Source: a virus (taxonomy: Duplodnaviria; Caudoviricetes). From it: a stretch of 39,162 bases of DNA. This document shows positions 1 to 9,097 of this stretch, in pieces. The notes under the pieces are model-generated. The model saw nothing but the letters and a program-made list of their open reading frames with translations, did not search any database and had not been told where the DNA came from. The stretch is taken from IMG/VR virus record IMGVR_UViG_3300025635_000063, positions 1 through 39,162 of that record. One strand, written 5' to 3'. A program made the position numbers and the translations under genes. The first letter of the stretch is position 1. Every line of letters starts with the position of its first letter.

Positions 1-1224
1 ATTCAACGCGGTCGGCACTAACTGTTGCGAGACAACCCGGCAGGGGGTGTACGCTCCAGACCCGTGTGTGTAGTTCGTGCCTGCATTGGCCGCGTCCGGC
101 ACGGTGTAGGTATCAGAAAAGATCGTCGTGCGGAAGGTCGTGTTCGTCGTGGCGTACACCACGGCGCTATAGGCCCCTTGATTGCCTGCGGAGTCAAAAT
201 CGTTGACCGCATATCCGTACACCGTACCCGACGCGAGGCCCGTATCCGCATAACTGGTATTGGCCCCGCTCAAGGTGCGAGCGGCGGAGGTCGGCGTACA
301 CGCAGCCCCCGTACAGCGGAGAATGTTTTGCCCAACCACACCGCCTACATCGGTTCCATTGACCCAGGTCAGGTTGATCTGCCCTGCACTGGCTGTCGCC
401 GCCAAGGAGGTTACTTGGCTTGGCGCGACGGTATCGCCGGGGGCCGGAGCGGACCCGCACCCGATACGAGTATTGCCTACGGCAAAATCATCATAGTAAA
501 ATTTCCCCTCGCCGCCTTGGGCGATGATTTTCGTCCGGCTGATGCCGTCTGGCTGGCCAGACGCAAGAATGGCCTTGTTGTAATAGCCCAGCGTTTGTAC
601 GCCATCGATAAAGATTTCATATGACCCATTCGCTTGCCCTGCCGTGCCGAGATTGGCATGGGTTTCAATGCAGTACCATTGATTGTCATTAAGCGGGACG
701 CGGGCCATATTCACAGGATAATCGCAACTCGCTCCCGTGTTCCCGCTCGGGCAGAGCTGAGAGGGGATACCCTGTACGCTGACCATGAGCTCCCGGCTCC
801 CCCATTTGTGCTCCCAGACAATGCTAGGGGTATCGTCTGTGGCATAGTCATAGACGTTTTTGGAGTTGCCTGACGTATAGCCCCCGTTGACCGTCCTAAA
901 CCAAAACCGCTTCCAATGGTCTACCGATGAACGGAAGGTGCGCGTGATATGCACTCCAGATGATCCCGTGCCCCCATCAGGATAGAGCGCCCCCGTATAA
1001 TCGGCCTCGACTGAGTGCGTCCCAGAACGGGGGAGTGCTGTGGAGCGGGTAGGGTTGCAGCCATCTGCCCAAGGGGCACTCGCTGGCGCAATCCACACAC
1101 AGGCATCCGTCGTCCATCCGCTACTCAGGAGCGTGCCCGTGTCAAAGGTTTCATCAAAAAACGTCTCCGCCCCCGCCACGGTCGGGAACAGCATCACCAG
1201 CACACACACAAGTCGAATCAGCAT
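1..1224 (-). CDS. Secreted-type protein, truncated by window start: signal peptide + ConA/LamG (polysaccharide-lyase-like) jelly-roll + fibronectin type III domain
   Basis: Not in the ORF track (no stop in window). Manual translation from ATG 1224 (TAATG overlap with upstream stop) is open for 408 codons: MLIRLVCVLVMLFPTVAGA|ETFFDETFD...NQWYCIETH...YEIFIDGVQ...YYDDFAVGNTRIGC, then FN3-like DTVAPSQVTSLAATASAGQINLTW...YADTGLASGTVYGYAVNDFDSAGNQGAYS. Confidence 0.8.
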   Translation of the reverse strand, partial: MLIRLVCVLVMLFPTVAGAETFFDETFDTGTLLSSGWTTDACVWIAPASAPWADGCNPTRSTALPRSGTHSVEADYTGALYPDGGTGSSGVHITRTFRSSVDHWKRFWFRTVNGGYTSGNSKNVYDYATDDTPSIVWEHKWGSRELMVSVQGIPSQLCPSGNTGASCDYPVNMARVPLNDNQWYCIETHANLGTAGQANGSYEIFIDGVQTLGYYNKAILASGQPDGISRTKIIAQGGEGKFYYDDFAVGNTRIGCGSAPAPGDTVAPSQVTSLAATASAGQINLTWVNGTDVGGVVGQNILRCTGAACTPTSAARTLSGANTSYADTGLASGTVYGYAVNDFDSAGNQGAYSAVVYATTNTTFRTTIFSDTYTVPDAANAGTNYTHGSGAYTPCRVVSQQLVPTALN

Positions 1225-3473
1225 TAGTTCCTCGCAGCGCGTGTGGCGGCAGGATCGCCGCTCGATGATTGATAGGCTCCGATGTCGGGGCGGTCGGGGT
1301 AACAGGCGCGGCCACGGTAGTCGATACAGAGTACCCCGCCCGTTCCAGCTCTCCGAAGCAGGGATGTGGGCCGTAATCGGTAATCCGTTGTTGACATAAA
1401 GAGCGGGTCAGTTTGCAGCCCGTTTGCTTCTTTCCCTTGTGCCTGGAAGCCTGTGAATGTGGTGCTTTGCGTGGCATCTCCTCCGTCTGAATACTCAAAC
1501 ATGGCCGCGCCAGTCGTCACATAATCGTTGTAGTTGACAATGTTCGCGGCGAAGGCGGCGTTTGTCATGCTGCACATGGTCATGTTCTTTGTTGTCGCAG
1601 ACACCACGTTATTGACAATCTTCTGTGCGTTCGCTGCGAGCCCCAACATCAACCCATGCGTGACACCAGAAAAATAATTATTACTGACTATGGCGGTGTT
1701 GGCGGTACGGTAGCCGAGATACCCCACCGATTGCCCAGCCGTAACACAGGTCCCGATATTTGCCGTGGCGGGGTCAAGATCGTGGATCTTATTGCCAAAA
1801 TACACGGCGGTCGTCATGCCTGTACTTTCGGACTGTTCCCATAGCCCAATCGGCACATGCGACACATCGTTCAGTGAGGCGTAGAATCCAACAGAAGGCC
1901 GAGCCGTCGCGCCATGCGAGGCAATGCCGTACAGTGCATACGACAGCGTGTTCCCCCGCACCACATTACTATCTGTCGCAACGTCATTTGAGGCGAATCC
2001 GATCAGGCCCCCTTCGTTGTCTAGTGCCGCCATCGGTATCGCATGGCTTACGGTATTGTCTACTGCTTGGCAATAAGAACACCCCGACAGATCAAGTAAC
2101 CAGTCGCCGTAGGTGAGAGTCGAGTTGCGAACGATCATGCGAAGGCGAGCCGTCACATTCGTAACGTGGGCCATCAGTTGCGCCGTTACTCCATCCATAA
2201 TGAAATCGTTCGTGACGCCTTTTACAAGTTGATGCCCCGACGCACGTACATCCAGACCGTCTAGCGTAATAAAGGTTTTGCTGTTCACATCAATAGTCGC
2301 ACTTGTCGAACCGCCTATCGCATAGATGTTGCCGCCGTTGTAGGACTCAGAGCTTGGAATCCCTTCTGGGGAATAGACATAGATTGCAGCGTAGTTCGTT
2401 GCGTAGTTGCGGCGATACCAAATGGCGCTACTCGATAGGGAATTCTGATCGGCGGCTTGATCGGTAAACACAGTTCCCTTGAGCAGCATTGTTTCCGAGA
2501 GGCTCCCACTTAACACCCCAGCAGGAGTGCTCCACACACCATTGTTACGGTCTGTCCAGAGTGGACGCCACGCCACTTTCCCGATGTACACACTTGATCC
2601 GTTCGCTCCGGCTGCAAGAATTTGCAACGTGGGACCGCGGTTACTCGCATCGACGCGAACGCGGATAGATTTCGTGGTCCATTCCGTATCCGCCGTGGTG
2701 CAGGCGAGCGCCGCAATGTAGGCCCCGCCAGCCGTGCCCCATGTTGAGTACTCTCCGTTACCATCAACGCTATCAGACAAGCTCGTGGTATCGTTAAAGC
2801 GCACAGTGGCACTCGCCGTACCATCGCTCTTGCATTGATAGGTGAATTGATAGGCTTCCTCCTTGGTCGCATAGAAATCGTTGGAGAGTCTTGTCGGACC
2901 CGCCGTACCGTTGGTGACTTTGGCGCTGTAGTATTCACCTGTCGGCACAACGGTCGTCTCCTGGGCGATTGTTGCGGCTGTGCCTTTCGTCTCCGTCCAT
3001 GATGTAAAATTGGACGAATCCCCACCCACCAGTGACGCGAATCGGCCATTAACAAATATCCCTAGCGTGTCGGATTGCCCGCGTCCGTGCAGGAAATACG
3101 CATCATCGTCCTCTTCGTTCAGTCGCACATGCGCCGGGGCATACAGCACCACCCCAGACTGTTGCGTGATGGTAATTGGCGACCCGGACGTTCCAGAGTC
3201 CCCGACCGTCAGCCCATCTTTGAAGTCAGTCCCAACGATGGTTAAGGTATCCCCTGCTACGACTCCTCCACCGCCCCACACGATTGTCGAAGCCCCAGCC
3301 GTTCCCGCCCACGCCCCCACGCCCCCATCGCTCGCCGCGCATGTTGACGCCGTGCCATCCCCATTAAAGGCGCATGGGCCACTAGGACGCGATTGCGTCA
3401 CATACCACGTTGTTGCCTTAGCCCATGACGGCATCAGCAACGCTAGGAGGAGAAGGAGGAGAAGGATGGGCAT
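1224..3473 (-). CDS. Signal-peptide-bearing right-handed beta-helix (pectin-lyase/tailspike-like) protein with CBM-like insert and choice-of-anchor-Q-like C-terminus
   Basis: ATG 3473 overlaps the upstream stop (TAATG). N-terminus MPILLLLLLLALLMPSWAKA|TTWYV; Asn-rich beta-helix repeats (VVRGNTL, YFGNKIHD, IVSNNYF, IVNNVV); C-terminal DPLF...DYRLRPTS...DIGAYQ. Confidence 0.75.
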   Translation of the reverse strand: MPILLLLLLLALLMPSWAKATTWYVTQSRPSGPCAFNGDGTASTCAASDGGVGAWAGTAGASTIVWGGGGVVAGDTLTIVGTDFKDGLTVGDSGTSGSPITITQQSGVVLYAPAHVRLNEEDDDAYFLHGRGQSDTLGIFVNGRFASLVGGDSSNFTSWTETKGTAATIAQETTVVPTGEYYSAKVTNGTAGPTRLSNDFYATKEEAYQFTYQCKSDGTASATVRFNDTTSLSDSVDGNGEYSTWGTAGGAYIAALACTTADTEWTTKSIRVRVDASNRGPTLQILAAGANGSSVYIGKVAWRPLWTDRNNGVWSTPAGVLSGSLSETMLLKGTVFTDQAADQNSLSSSAIWYRRNYATNYAAIYVYSPEGIPSSESYNGGNIYAIGGSTSATIDVNSKTFITLDGLDVRASGHQLVKGVTNDFIMDGVTAQLMAHVTNVTARLRMIVRNSTLTYGDWLLDLSGCSYCQAVDNTVSHAIPMAALDNEGGLIGFASNDVATDSNVVRGNTLSYALYGIASHGATARPSVGFYASLNDVSHVPIGLWEQSESTGMTTAVYFGNKIHDLDPATANIGTCVTAGQSVGYLGYRTANTAIVSNNYFSGVTHGLMLGLAANAQKIVNNVVSATTKNMTMCSMTNAAFAANIVNYNDYVTTGAAMFEYSDGGDATQSTTFTGFQAQGKEANGLQTDPLFMSTTDYRLRPTSLLRRAGTGGVLCIDYRGRACYPDRPDIGAYQSSSGDPAATRAARN

Positions 3474-4330
3474 TATTTCCACTCCTGGATGACAAGATAA
3501 CCAGGGCACCCGTTGCCGCCTGCAAAGGTCGGAGCGCCCCCGCCACCACCAGCTCCGTACCCACCAGTACAGGCAGTGCCTACCGCATTCGATCCTCCAA
3601 TAGCCCCTGTCCCCATGAGCGAGTTGCCCCCCGTGCCACCGCCACCTTTCGTACCGTTTGACGCGCCTCCCGCGAGGTTCGCCATGGCCGCGCTATACCC
3701 ACTCATCGCAGGCACGATGCCGCCGTTCGCTGGTCCTGTGGCTCCCCCACCAGCCGAGCCACTTTCGATTCTCGTGGCATCGCCGCCCTGGACGAGGACT
3801 TGCGAGATCACCCCCGCCGCGCCAGTTCCCGTCCCCGTCACAGGGCATGTCTGAAGAATCGCATGGCACCCTCCAGCCCCACCGTTTGTTACGGTGCCTG
3901 TCCCTGGTGCGGTATTGGGTCCGTGGATACTGTAGGTCCCCAGCGGGAGTCCGGCGATGGTCGTGTGAAGATTCACGATTCCACCAGCCGATCCAGCCGC
4001 CGCGCCAACTCCTGCTGTGCCAATCGTTATGGTGAGGGCTGTCCCTGGCACGACGACAATCGGTTGTCGGACGACACAAACCGCGCCCCCTCCACCGCCT
4101 CCGCCGCCGCCTGGGTCGGCAGTATGTCCGCCTGCCCCGCCCCCGCCAGCGCCGCAGCCGGTGACACTGATGAAGTTACTGGTGGGAGTGTATGTACCGT
4201 TCGCCGTGAATGTCGTCGTCACAAGTGTCTGCCCAGGTGAGCCAGCAGCACTAGTGGTAACGGCTGCGGCCCACACCCCCGTCGGCAGGAGCAACGCGAG
4301 GATGAATATGGAAGTTAAGAGTTGTTTCAT
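3473..4330 (-). CDS. Signal-peptide-bearing glycine-rich (polyglycine-II sandwich-like) protein
   Basis: MKQLLTSIFILALLLPTGVWA|AAV; TFTANGTYT...GAGGGGAGG...GGGGGGGGA...VVPGTALTITIG...GGNGCPGYLVIQEW, a pattern typical of phage glycine-rich adhesin domains. Confidence 0.75.
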   Translation of the reverse strand: MKQLLTSIFILALLLPTGVWAAAVTTSAAGSPGQTLVTTTFTANGTYTPTSNFISVTGCGAGGGGAGGHTADPGGGGGGGGGAVCVVRQPIVVVPGTALTITIGTAGVGAAAGSAGGIVNLHTTIAGLPLGTYSIHGPNTAPGTGTVTNGGAGGCHAILQTCPVTGTGTGAAGVISQVLVQGGDATRIESGSAGGGATGPANGGIVPAMSGYSAAMANLAGGASNGTKGGGGTGGNSLMGTGAIGGSNAVGTACTGGYGAGGGGGAPTFAGGNGCPGYLVIQEWK

Positions 4331-4340
4331 GGTCGCCCCT

Positions 4341-4865
4341 TTAATACATCGCATACATCACCGCCGTGGTTAGGCCAGAGCTGGCCGTGGTTATTACGTA
4401 GTAGTAGCTGAAGTTCGCTGTCACAACAGGGCACGCATCGGAGGTGGCTGTGGTTCCTGTGAGGGTCAGCGTACAGAGCAGCACCCCGTTAGAGGCTGTC
4501 GAACTGAACGCCCCATAGAGCTTCATGGTCTGTGCAATCGCGCCTGCGCCGGTCAGGACACCCATGAAGGTCTTGGAGCCTGTAGGCACCGCGACAGCGG
4601 CAGAGGTGGTATCGGTGATTTGTGATTCGACGGTCGTTTGCCGAACCACGCCACCGCTGGTTTGGAGCAGGTTATTCGTCTGTTCCTCACCGGAGATGAG
4701 GGTGCCGAGGGTCACACGCAAGTTGCCTGAGGTATCGCAACTTAACAGCCCCATGGCCGTAAGATCGGCAAACGTTGGTGCGGCGGTTCGCACATCGCAC
4801 ATCGCGGCCCATGACTCAGAGGCCGTCCAGACGGCCATCAGCACTAGAACCCTCATCCATTTCAT
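4341..4865 (-). CDS. Signal-peptide-bearing beta-rich Thr/Ala/Ser protein
   Basis: GGAGG RBS before ATG 4865; MKWMRVLVLMAVWTASESWA|AMC; four Cys in the mature part. Confidence 0.7.
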   Translation of the reverse strand: MKWMRVLVLMAVWTASESWAAMCDVRTAAPTFADLTAMGLLSCDTSGNLRVTLGTLISGEEQTNNLLQTSGGVVRQTTVESQITDTTSAAVAVPTGSKTFMGVLTGAGAIAQTMKLYGAFSSTASNGVLLCTLTLTGTTATSDACPVVTANFSYYYVITTASSGLTTAVMYAMY

Positions 4866-4890
4866 ATGCGGCCCTCCTTGAATCCTCACG

Positions 4891-5829
4891 CTAACCTCCG
4901 TCATGGGTGTAAATAACGCAGCCTTGTAACTTCACGGTGCCGCCTGTCGGGAAATCGGTGATTGCCAGAATGGCGCTAGCCTGTCCTGATCCGCTCGCGT
5001 AGCAAGTCACCTGCGTCGAGGCTGAGGCCACAGATCCGACCACTTGCGTATAGTTTGCTTTCGTCATGCCGGAAAACATGACCGCTTGCCCCATAAAGGG
5101 ACTCATAAGCGTGGAGGCGCGAAACAACAGCCCTGTAATCAGGAGATTTCCCGATGCCGTGGTATGCGTAAAGGACGAGGTGATGATGTTGAACCAAGCG
5201 GTAATCTTGTTGCCGGAGATTTCGAGATAGCCCGTCTGCGTGGTGTAGGCTACCGAGAGATCGCCAGGGGTGACACAGGTCAAGACCGGCGTCCATCCGT
5301 CCAACCCCTTGCGGAGATTCAACACCTGCAGGTAGGTGCCGTCGTATTGCACGGTGACGAGATCCCCGATGCGGAGTTCTCCGCCCACGAGGGCCAGCGT
5401 GCCGTTATGACAGGTCTTAGCGGCCAGCCCTGAGATCGCCACCGTCGTACTGCCCGTATTTGTCGCGCCGACGATAAAGCTGAACTTCTGGCCTGCCACA
5501 TACGCCGTAATGGCAGGCGAAGGCGTCAACGTGATCGCGTTACCCGTCCCGCCGACCGTGCCGACATACACGCCGGTCCCGTCCTGCACGTTCCCAATGT
5601 TGCAGGAGTCGGTGCGGGCGCTGCCTGCCCCCAATCCCGTGAACTTGTAGGTGGCCATCGGGATATTGGCTGTGATGGTCGTTTGTCCGTCCTTGCAAAT
5701 GCGGTTACTCATCGCCGTCGCCGCATCGGCGGTATAGGCGTTGAACACTGCCGCCATGATGGGCGTATCCGTAATGACGGGTTGCCCTGTGCTATTGACG
5801 ACATACACCCCTGAGCCGTTATCTGACAT
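4891..5829 (-). CDS. Tail fibre / tailspike-adaptor protein
   Basis: Follows the ejection genes; N-terminal MSDNGSGVY...GQPVITDT...DGQTTITANIPM resembles podophage fibre anchors; Thr/Gly beta-rich; no signal peptide. Confidence 0.65.
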   Translation of the reverse strand: MSDNGSGVYVVNSTGQPVITDTPIMAAVFNAYTADAATAMSNRICKDGQTTITANIPMATYKFTGLGAGSARTDSCNIGNVQDGTGVYVGTVGGTGNAITLTPSPAITAYVAGQKFSFIVGATNTGSTTVAISGLAAKTCHNGTLALVGGELRIGDLVTVQYDGTYLQVLNLRKGLDGWTPVLTCVTPGDLSVAYTTQTGYLEISGNKITAWFNIITSSFTHTTASGNLLITGLLFRASTLMSPFMGQAVMFSGMTKANYTQVVGSVASASTQVTCYASGSGQASAILAITDFPTGGTVKLQGCVIYTHDGG

Positions 5830-5831
5830 CG

Positions 5832-7250
5832 TTAGTTCCCCTGGTTCGCCAGTTGTGAAGCCGTTGCGCCAGTGATCGGCGTGCCTCGCTTCAGCAATTC
5901 ATCGAGAATGGCCTGATACCTTGGATTGATCCCTGACGTTGCGAAGTTCTGATAGGGGTTCGACAACACCAGCGACCGTGCCGGACTGCGTAACAGCGGC
6001 AAGGCGGCAGCAGCCATGCCAGCAGGCCCACCAGCGGCCCCATAGCCCACCGTCCCTAGCAAGGCTGAGGCGGCAGCATCAGTGCCACTCACGCCCGATG
6101 ACGGCACCCGCGCCCCTTCCCGCATCACCGATGGGAAGGCTTCGGCCATTTGCCCGATGGTCCTGAGTTCGCCGCTTTTCGCGGCCATGCCTGCTTTGTC
6201 GAGTTGTCGCCCGATGATGGGAGCGGAGATGTTTTCGTCACCAAAGTTCAACGCCTTCTCCACATCGTGGATCTTGGCAATCTTAGTCCGCGCTTCGGTC
6301 AACGCCTTGACGAGATCCTCGCGGCCATTCGCCTTCGCAATGTTGACAATATCTTTATGGATCGACGCGGCTTGAGCATCGAAGGCTCGTGCGGCGTCCC
6401 GCGCCTCAGAGTTGCCCATCTTCGACGCTTTCCATGCGTCACTCGCACTCTCTCGCGCCTTGGCGAGCTGCCCCACAAGATCCTTTTCGTGGAAGCGCGG
6501 GAACCACTCCATCTTGTCGGTAGGCTTGAGCTGTGAGACTTCTTCGTAGACTTTCCCCGCTTGTTTCCGTGCGGCCCGTAAGGTGTCCTCTGTCAATGGC
6601 GCATCGTCAGCCAAGCCAAGGGCCTTCTTCGCCAGGGCATTCGTCACGGCCTGATTGCGTTTGGCCGCTTCCTGGCCTACGGCGGCTTTCCCTGCCACGC
6701 TTTCGAGCTTGTTGGTGAGCCATGAGGGGTTGACGGTAGACGGCGGCACCACATAGCCCGCCTTGCGGCCTTCTTTGAGCGTTTCAGCCGCAACGGGATT
6801 GAGCAGGGATTTCCCAGCCCCCATGACCTTACTGGCGATGCCTGCCACAGCGGGCACTACGCCTTGCATCGCCCCAGTGATCGCGATACGTCCTATATCC
6901 GGTTTATTCGCTTCAGGGATGACGCTTCCAGCCGGTGTCAGTCCGGTTGCCTGGCTGATCGTTTCACCTAATGCCGCCCCTGCCATCGCCCCAGGCACGC
7001 CACCAATGGCCGTCCCTGCCGTCGCGCCCAATGCAGGCAACGCCCCTTCGCGCACGAATCGACCCGCGTATTGCGGCAAGGACTCAGCCTGCTTTGCGCC
7101 CGCTATCGCCATTTTGTAGTCAAGGGAGTTGGCGTGAGCCTTGAGCGCGTTGAGATCGACGGGCGCAACAGACGCGACTTCAGGCGCGTTCAACCATGCG
7201 GGAGTTCCGCTAGGCTGTGCCTCAATCACTGGGGCGTCTTGCCATCCCAT
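5832..7250 (-). CDS. Internal virion / DNA ejection protein
   Basis: 472 aa, Ala/Gly-rich helical with hydrophobic GxxxG stretches; synteny with P22 gp16-type genes. Confidence 0.6.
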   Translation of the reverse strand: MGWQDAPVIEAQPSGTPAWLNAPEVASVAPVDLNALKAHANSLDYKMAIAGAKQAESLPQYAGRFVREGALPALGATAGTAIGGVPGAMAGAALGETISQATGLTPAGSVIPEANKPDIGRIAITGAMQGVVPAVAGIASKVMGAGKSLLNPVAAETLKEGRKAGYVVPPSTVNPSWLTNKLESVAGKAAVGQEAAKRNQAVTNALAKKALGLADDAPLTEDTLRAARKQAGKVYEEVSQLKPTDKMEWFPRFHEKDLVGQLAKARESASDAWKASKMGNSEARDAARAFDAQAASIHKDIVNIAKANGREDLVKALTEARTKIAKIHDVEKALNFGDENISAPIIGRQLDKAGMAAKSGELRTIGQMAEAFPSVMREGARVPSSGVSGTDAAASALLGTVGYGAAGGPAGMAAAALPLLRSPARSLVLSNPYQNFATSGINPRYQAILDELLKRGTPITGATASQLANQGN

Positions 7251-8773
7251 TACGGCTTCTTCCTCTGCTTCCCATCAGGGCCAATGAATACGGCACCAGA
7301 CGGCAGCGCGTTGTAGTCGGCATCGCTCGCAATTTTGGGAGGTACGCTAGACGGAGCCGCTTGCGTTGGTGCCACTGGCCCACCGTTCGGCGTAAAGAAG
7401 GACCCTTCGCGCAACTGTTTGGCCTTTTGCGCGTTCTGCTCCTCGCGCCGTTTCGCCATCGTAATGGCCCGCTCGTAAATGTCTTTGCGCTGATCGGCCT
7501 TCATGTTGACGGAGCCCTGCACTTCCAACAGTATCTTGCGTTCGCCCTCTGTCGGCATCCCGCCAAACACGGCACGCAACTGCTCAAGGGCTTGCCCTGT
7601 CACAATGTTATTGAGTTCAACCGTGGCATCTTCCCCTTCAAACTTCCCAGGGACGTAGCCAAGGATCTTTGAGCGGGTCCCCGCCGTCCCGCCGTCAAAC
7701 GCCTTGTCATTAATCTCTAACGCCTTGGTGAGCGAGGAGACGACATTGCGCGAGGCGTTCACCGCGTCATCGGCTTCAAAGAGTTCCTTTTGCGCGGTAG
7801 GGGAGAGCGGAGTTTTCTCGTTCGGCTTTTTGGTCGCGGCAAGCTCTTTGATCGTTTCGTTGTGTTGCTGTGCCGTCTCTTTCCTCGTCTGCAACTCAAG
7901 CTTCTTCAAGTCTGCCGCTTGATCGGCTAACTGCTTCTTGAGGGCGTTCGCGTCTTGTCCCGCCTGCATCCTGGCGTCGATCTGCATTTGCGTGAGCGCC
8001 ATCGTGTTTTTCATCTGCTCCACGCGGGTCAACGCATTCGCCTCGATGCCTTCACGCCGCACGGCGCGATTCTCGTCAGCCTGTTGCGCCTGGAAGGCGC
8101 GAGCGGCCTGCTTCTCGTCTTCCTGTGCCTTCGCCTGCTCCATGAACCGCACCGCTTCACGCACGCGCGGGTCTTGGTGGCTCATCGCTTCCATCACGGC
8201 TTTGCGTGAGGCCATAGGATCAGGTACTTGGAATTGCGCCTCGTTCACCGGCCCTTGCGTGGGAGGGGTGCCTGGTATCGTAATCTGCGCCGGTTGCTCC
8301 TGAATCGCGCCAAACTCGCCGGTCATGGGGTCTGCTGGCTGCGTGATGTTCGGCGGTCCTTGGACCGGCACCACTTGGTCTGGCGTGCCCTGGGGCAACG
8401 TACGCTCTGGGACCTGCTTGCCTTGTGTTTCGTCGATGTACCGTTGAACGGCCCTTGCCCGCTCGTCGTTCATGTCGGTGGAGAGAGCTTGCCGCTTCTT
8501 ATCGACGACATGCGTCCCGACTAAACCCGCGAGCAATTCCCCAATCTTGGCGGCGTGCTGTGTGCCTGAGGTCGGGACGTAGAACCGGCCCACCATTTGC
8601 CCTTGTCCTGCTCCCTGCAACCCTTGCTGCATGAGGAGGTTGGCAATCTGCTGCTTCCGGTTAAGCGCCTGCTCCTCAATAGCGACATCGGGCGCAACTT
8701 CGCCGTTGTAGCCGTAGCGGTCTTGGACGCCGTAGCTATTGAGGTAGGGTGCTCCGCTGAATTGCTGCGCCAC
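7250..8773 (-). CDS. Internal virion / DNA ejection protein
   Basis: 507 aa, Gln/Ala-rich coiled coil; position in the ejection gene block. Confidence 0.6.
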   Translation of the reverse strand: MAQQFSGAPYLNSYGVQDRYGYNGEVAPDVAIEEQALNRKQQIANLLMQQGLQGAGQGQMVGRFYVPTSGTQHAAKIGELLAGLVGTHVVDKKRQALSTDMNDERARAVQRYIDETQGKQVPERTLPQGTPDQVVPVQGPPNITQPADPMTGEFGAIQEQPAQITIPGTPPTQGPVNEAQFQVPDPMASRKAVMEAMSHQDPRVREAVRFMEQAKAQEDEKQAARAFQAQQADENRAVRREGIEANALTRVEQMKNTMALTQMQIDARMQAGQDANALKKQLADQAADLKKLELQTRKETAQQHNETIKELAATKKPNEKTPLSPTAQKELFEADDAVNASRNVVSSLTKALEINDKAFDGGTAGTRSKILGYVPGKFEGEDATVELNNIVTGQALEQLRAVFGGMPTEGERKILLEVQGSVNMKADQRKDIYERAITMAKRREEQNAQKAKQLREGSFFTPNGGPVAPTQAAPSSVPPKIASDADYNALPSGAVFIGPDGKQRKKP

Positions 8774-9097
8774 TTAGTACCCCTGTGGTTTCAAGTAATC
8801 GTAGGCACTGGGATCTGTTGCCATGCCCGTTCCTTCGCCCATGACGGGATCTGGTGCTCGCATCGCCATCGGACGAGGAGTCGCCGGTCGCTGCATCTGC
8901 CGCATCCCGTACATCTGCAAGCCGTTGCCGAGGGCGGTGTTAAGCCCGCCCAATATGCCCGTACCTTGGGGCTGCATACCGCGTTGCATCTGCATCGCCA
9001 TCGCAATACGTTGGCGTGGGTCCATCCCCATCGGCGCTTGTGCGGGTTCGGGCGTCGGCATCGCCGGGTTGGTCGTGACAGTCCGTGGGTCGATCAT
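8774..9097 (-). CDS. Small Met/Pro/Gln-rich protein, probable virion-internal protein
   Basis: AGGAG RBS before ATG 9097; its stop abuts the start of the next gene (8773). Confidence 0.55.
   Translation of the reverse strand: MIDPRTVTTNPAMPTPEPAQAPMGMDPRQRIAMAMQMQRGMQPQGTGILGGLNTALGNGLQMYGMRQMQRPATPRPMAMRAPDPVMGEGTGMATDPSAYDYLKPQGY

Noticed and set aside
25-624. 199-aa plus-strand ORF and other long plus-strand ORFs across 1-27 kb
   Set aside because: Antisense shadows of well-supported minus-strand genes in GC-rich DNA; no motifs
3500-4160. GGC/CCG-rich repeats as a tandem repeat or DGR-like element
   Set aside because: Explained by polyglycine coding; no reverse transcriptase or TR/VR pair seen
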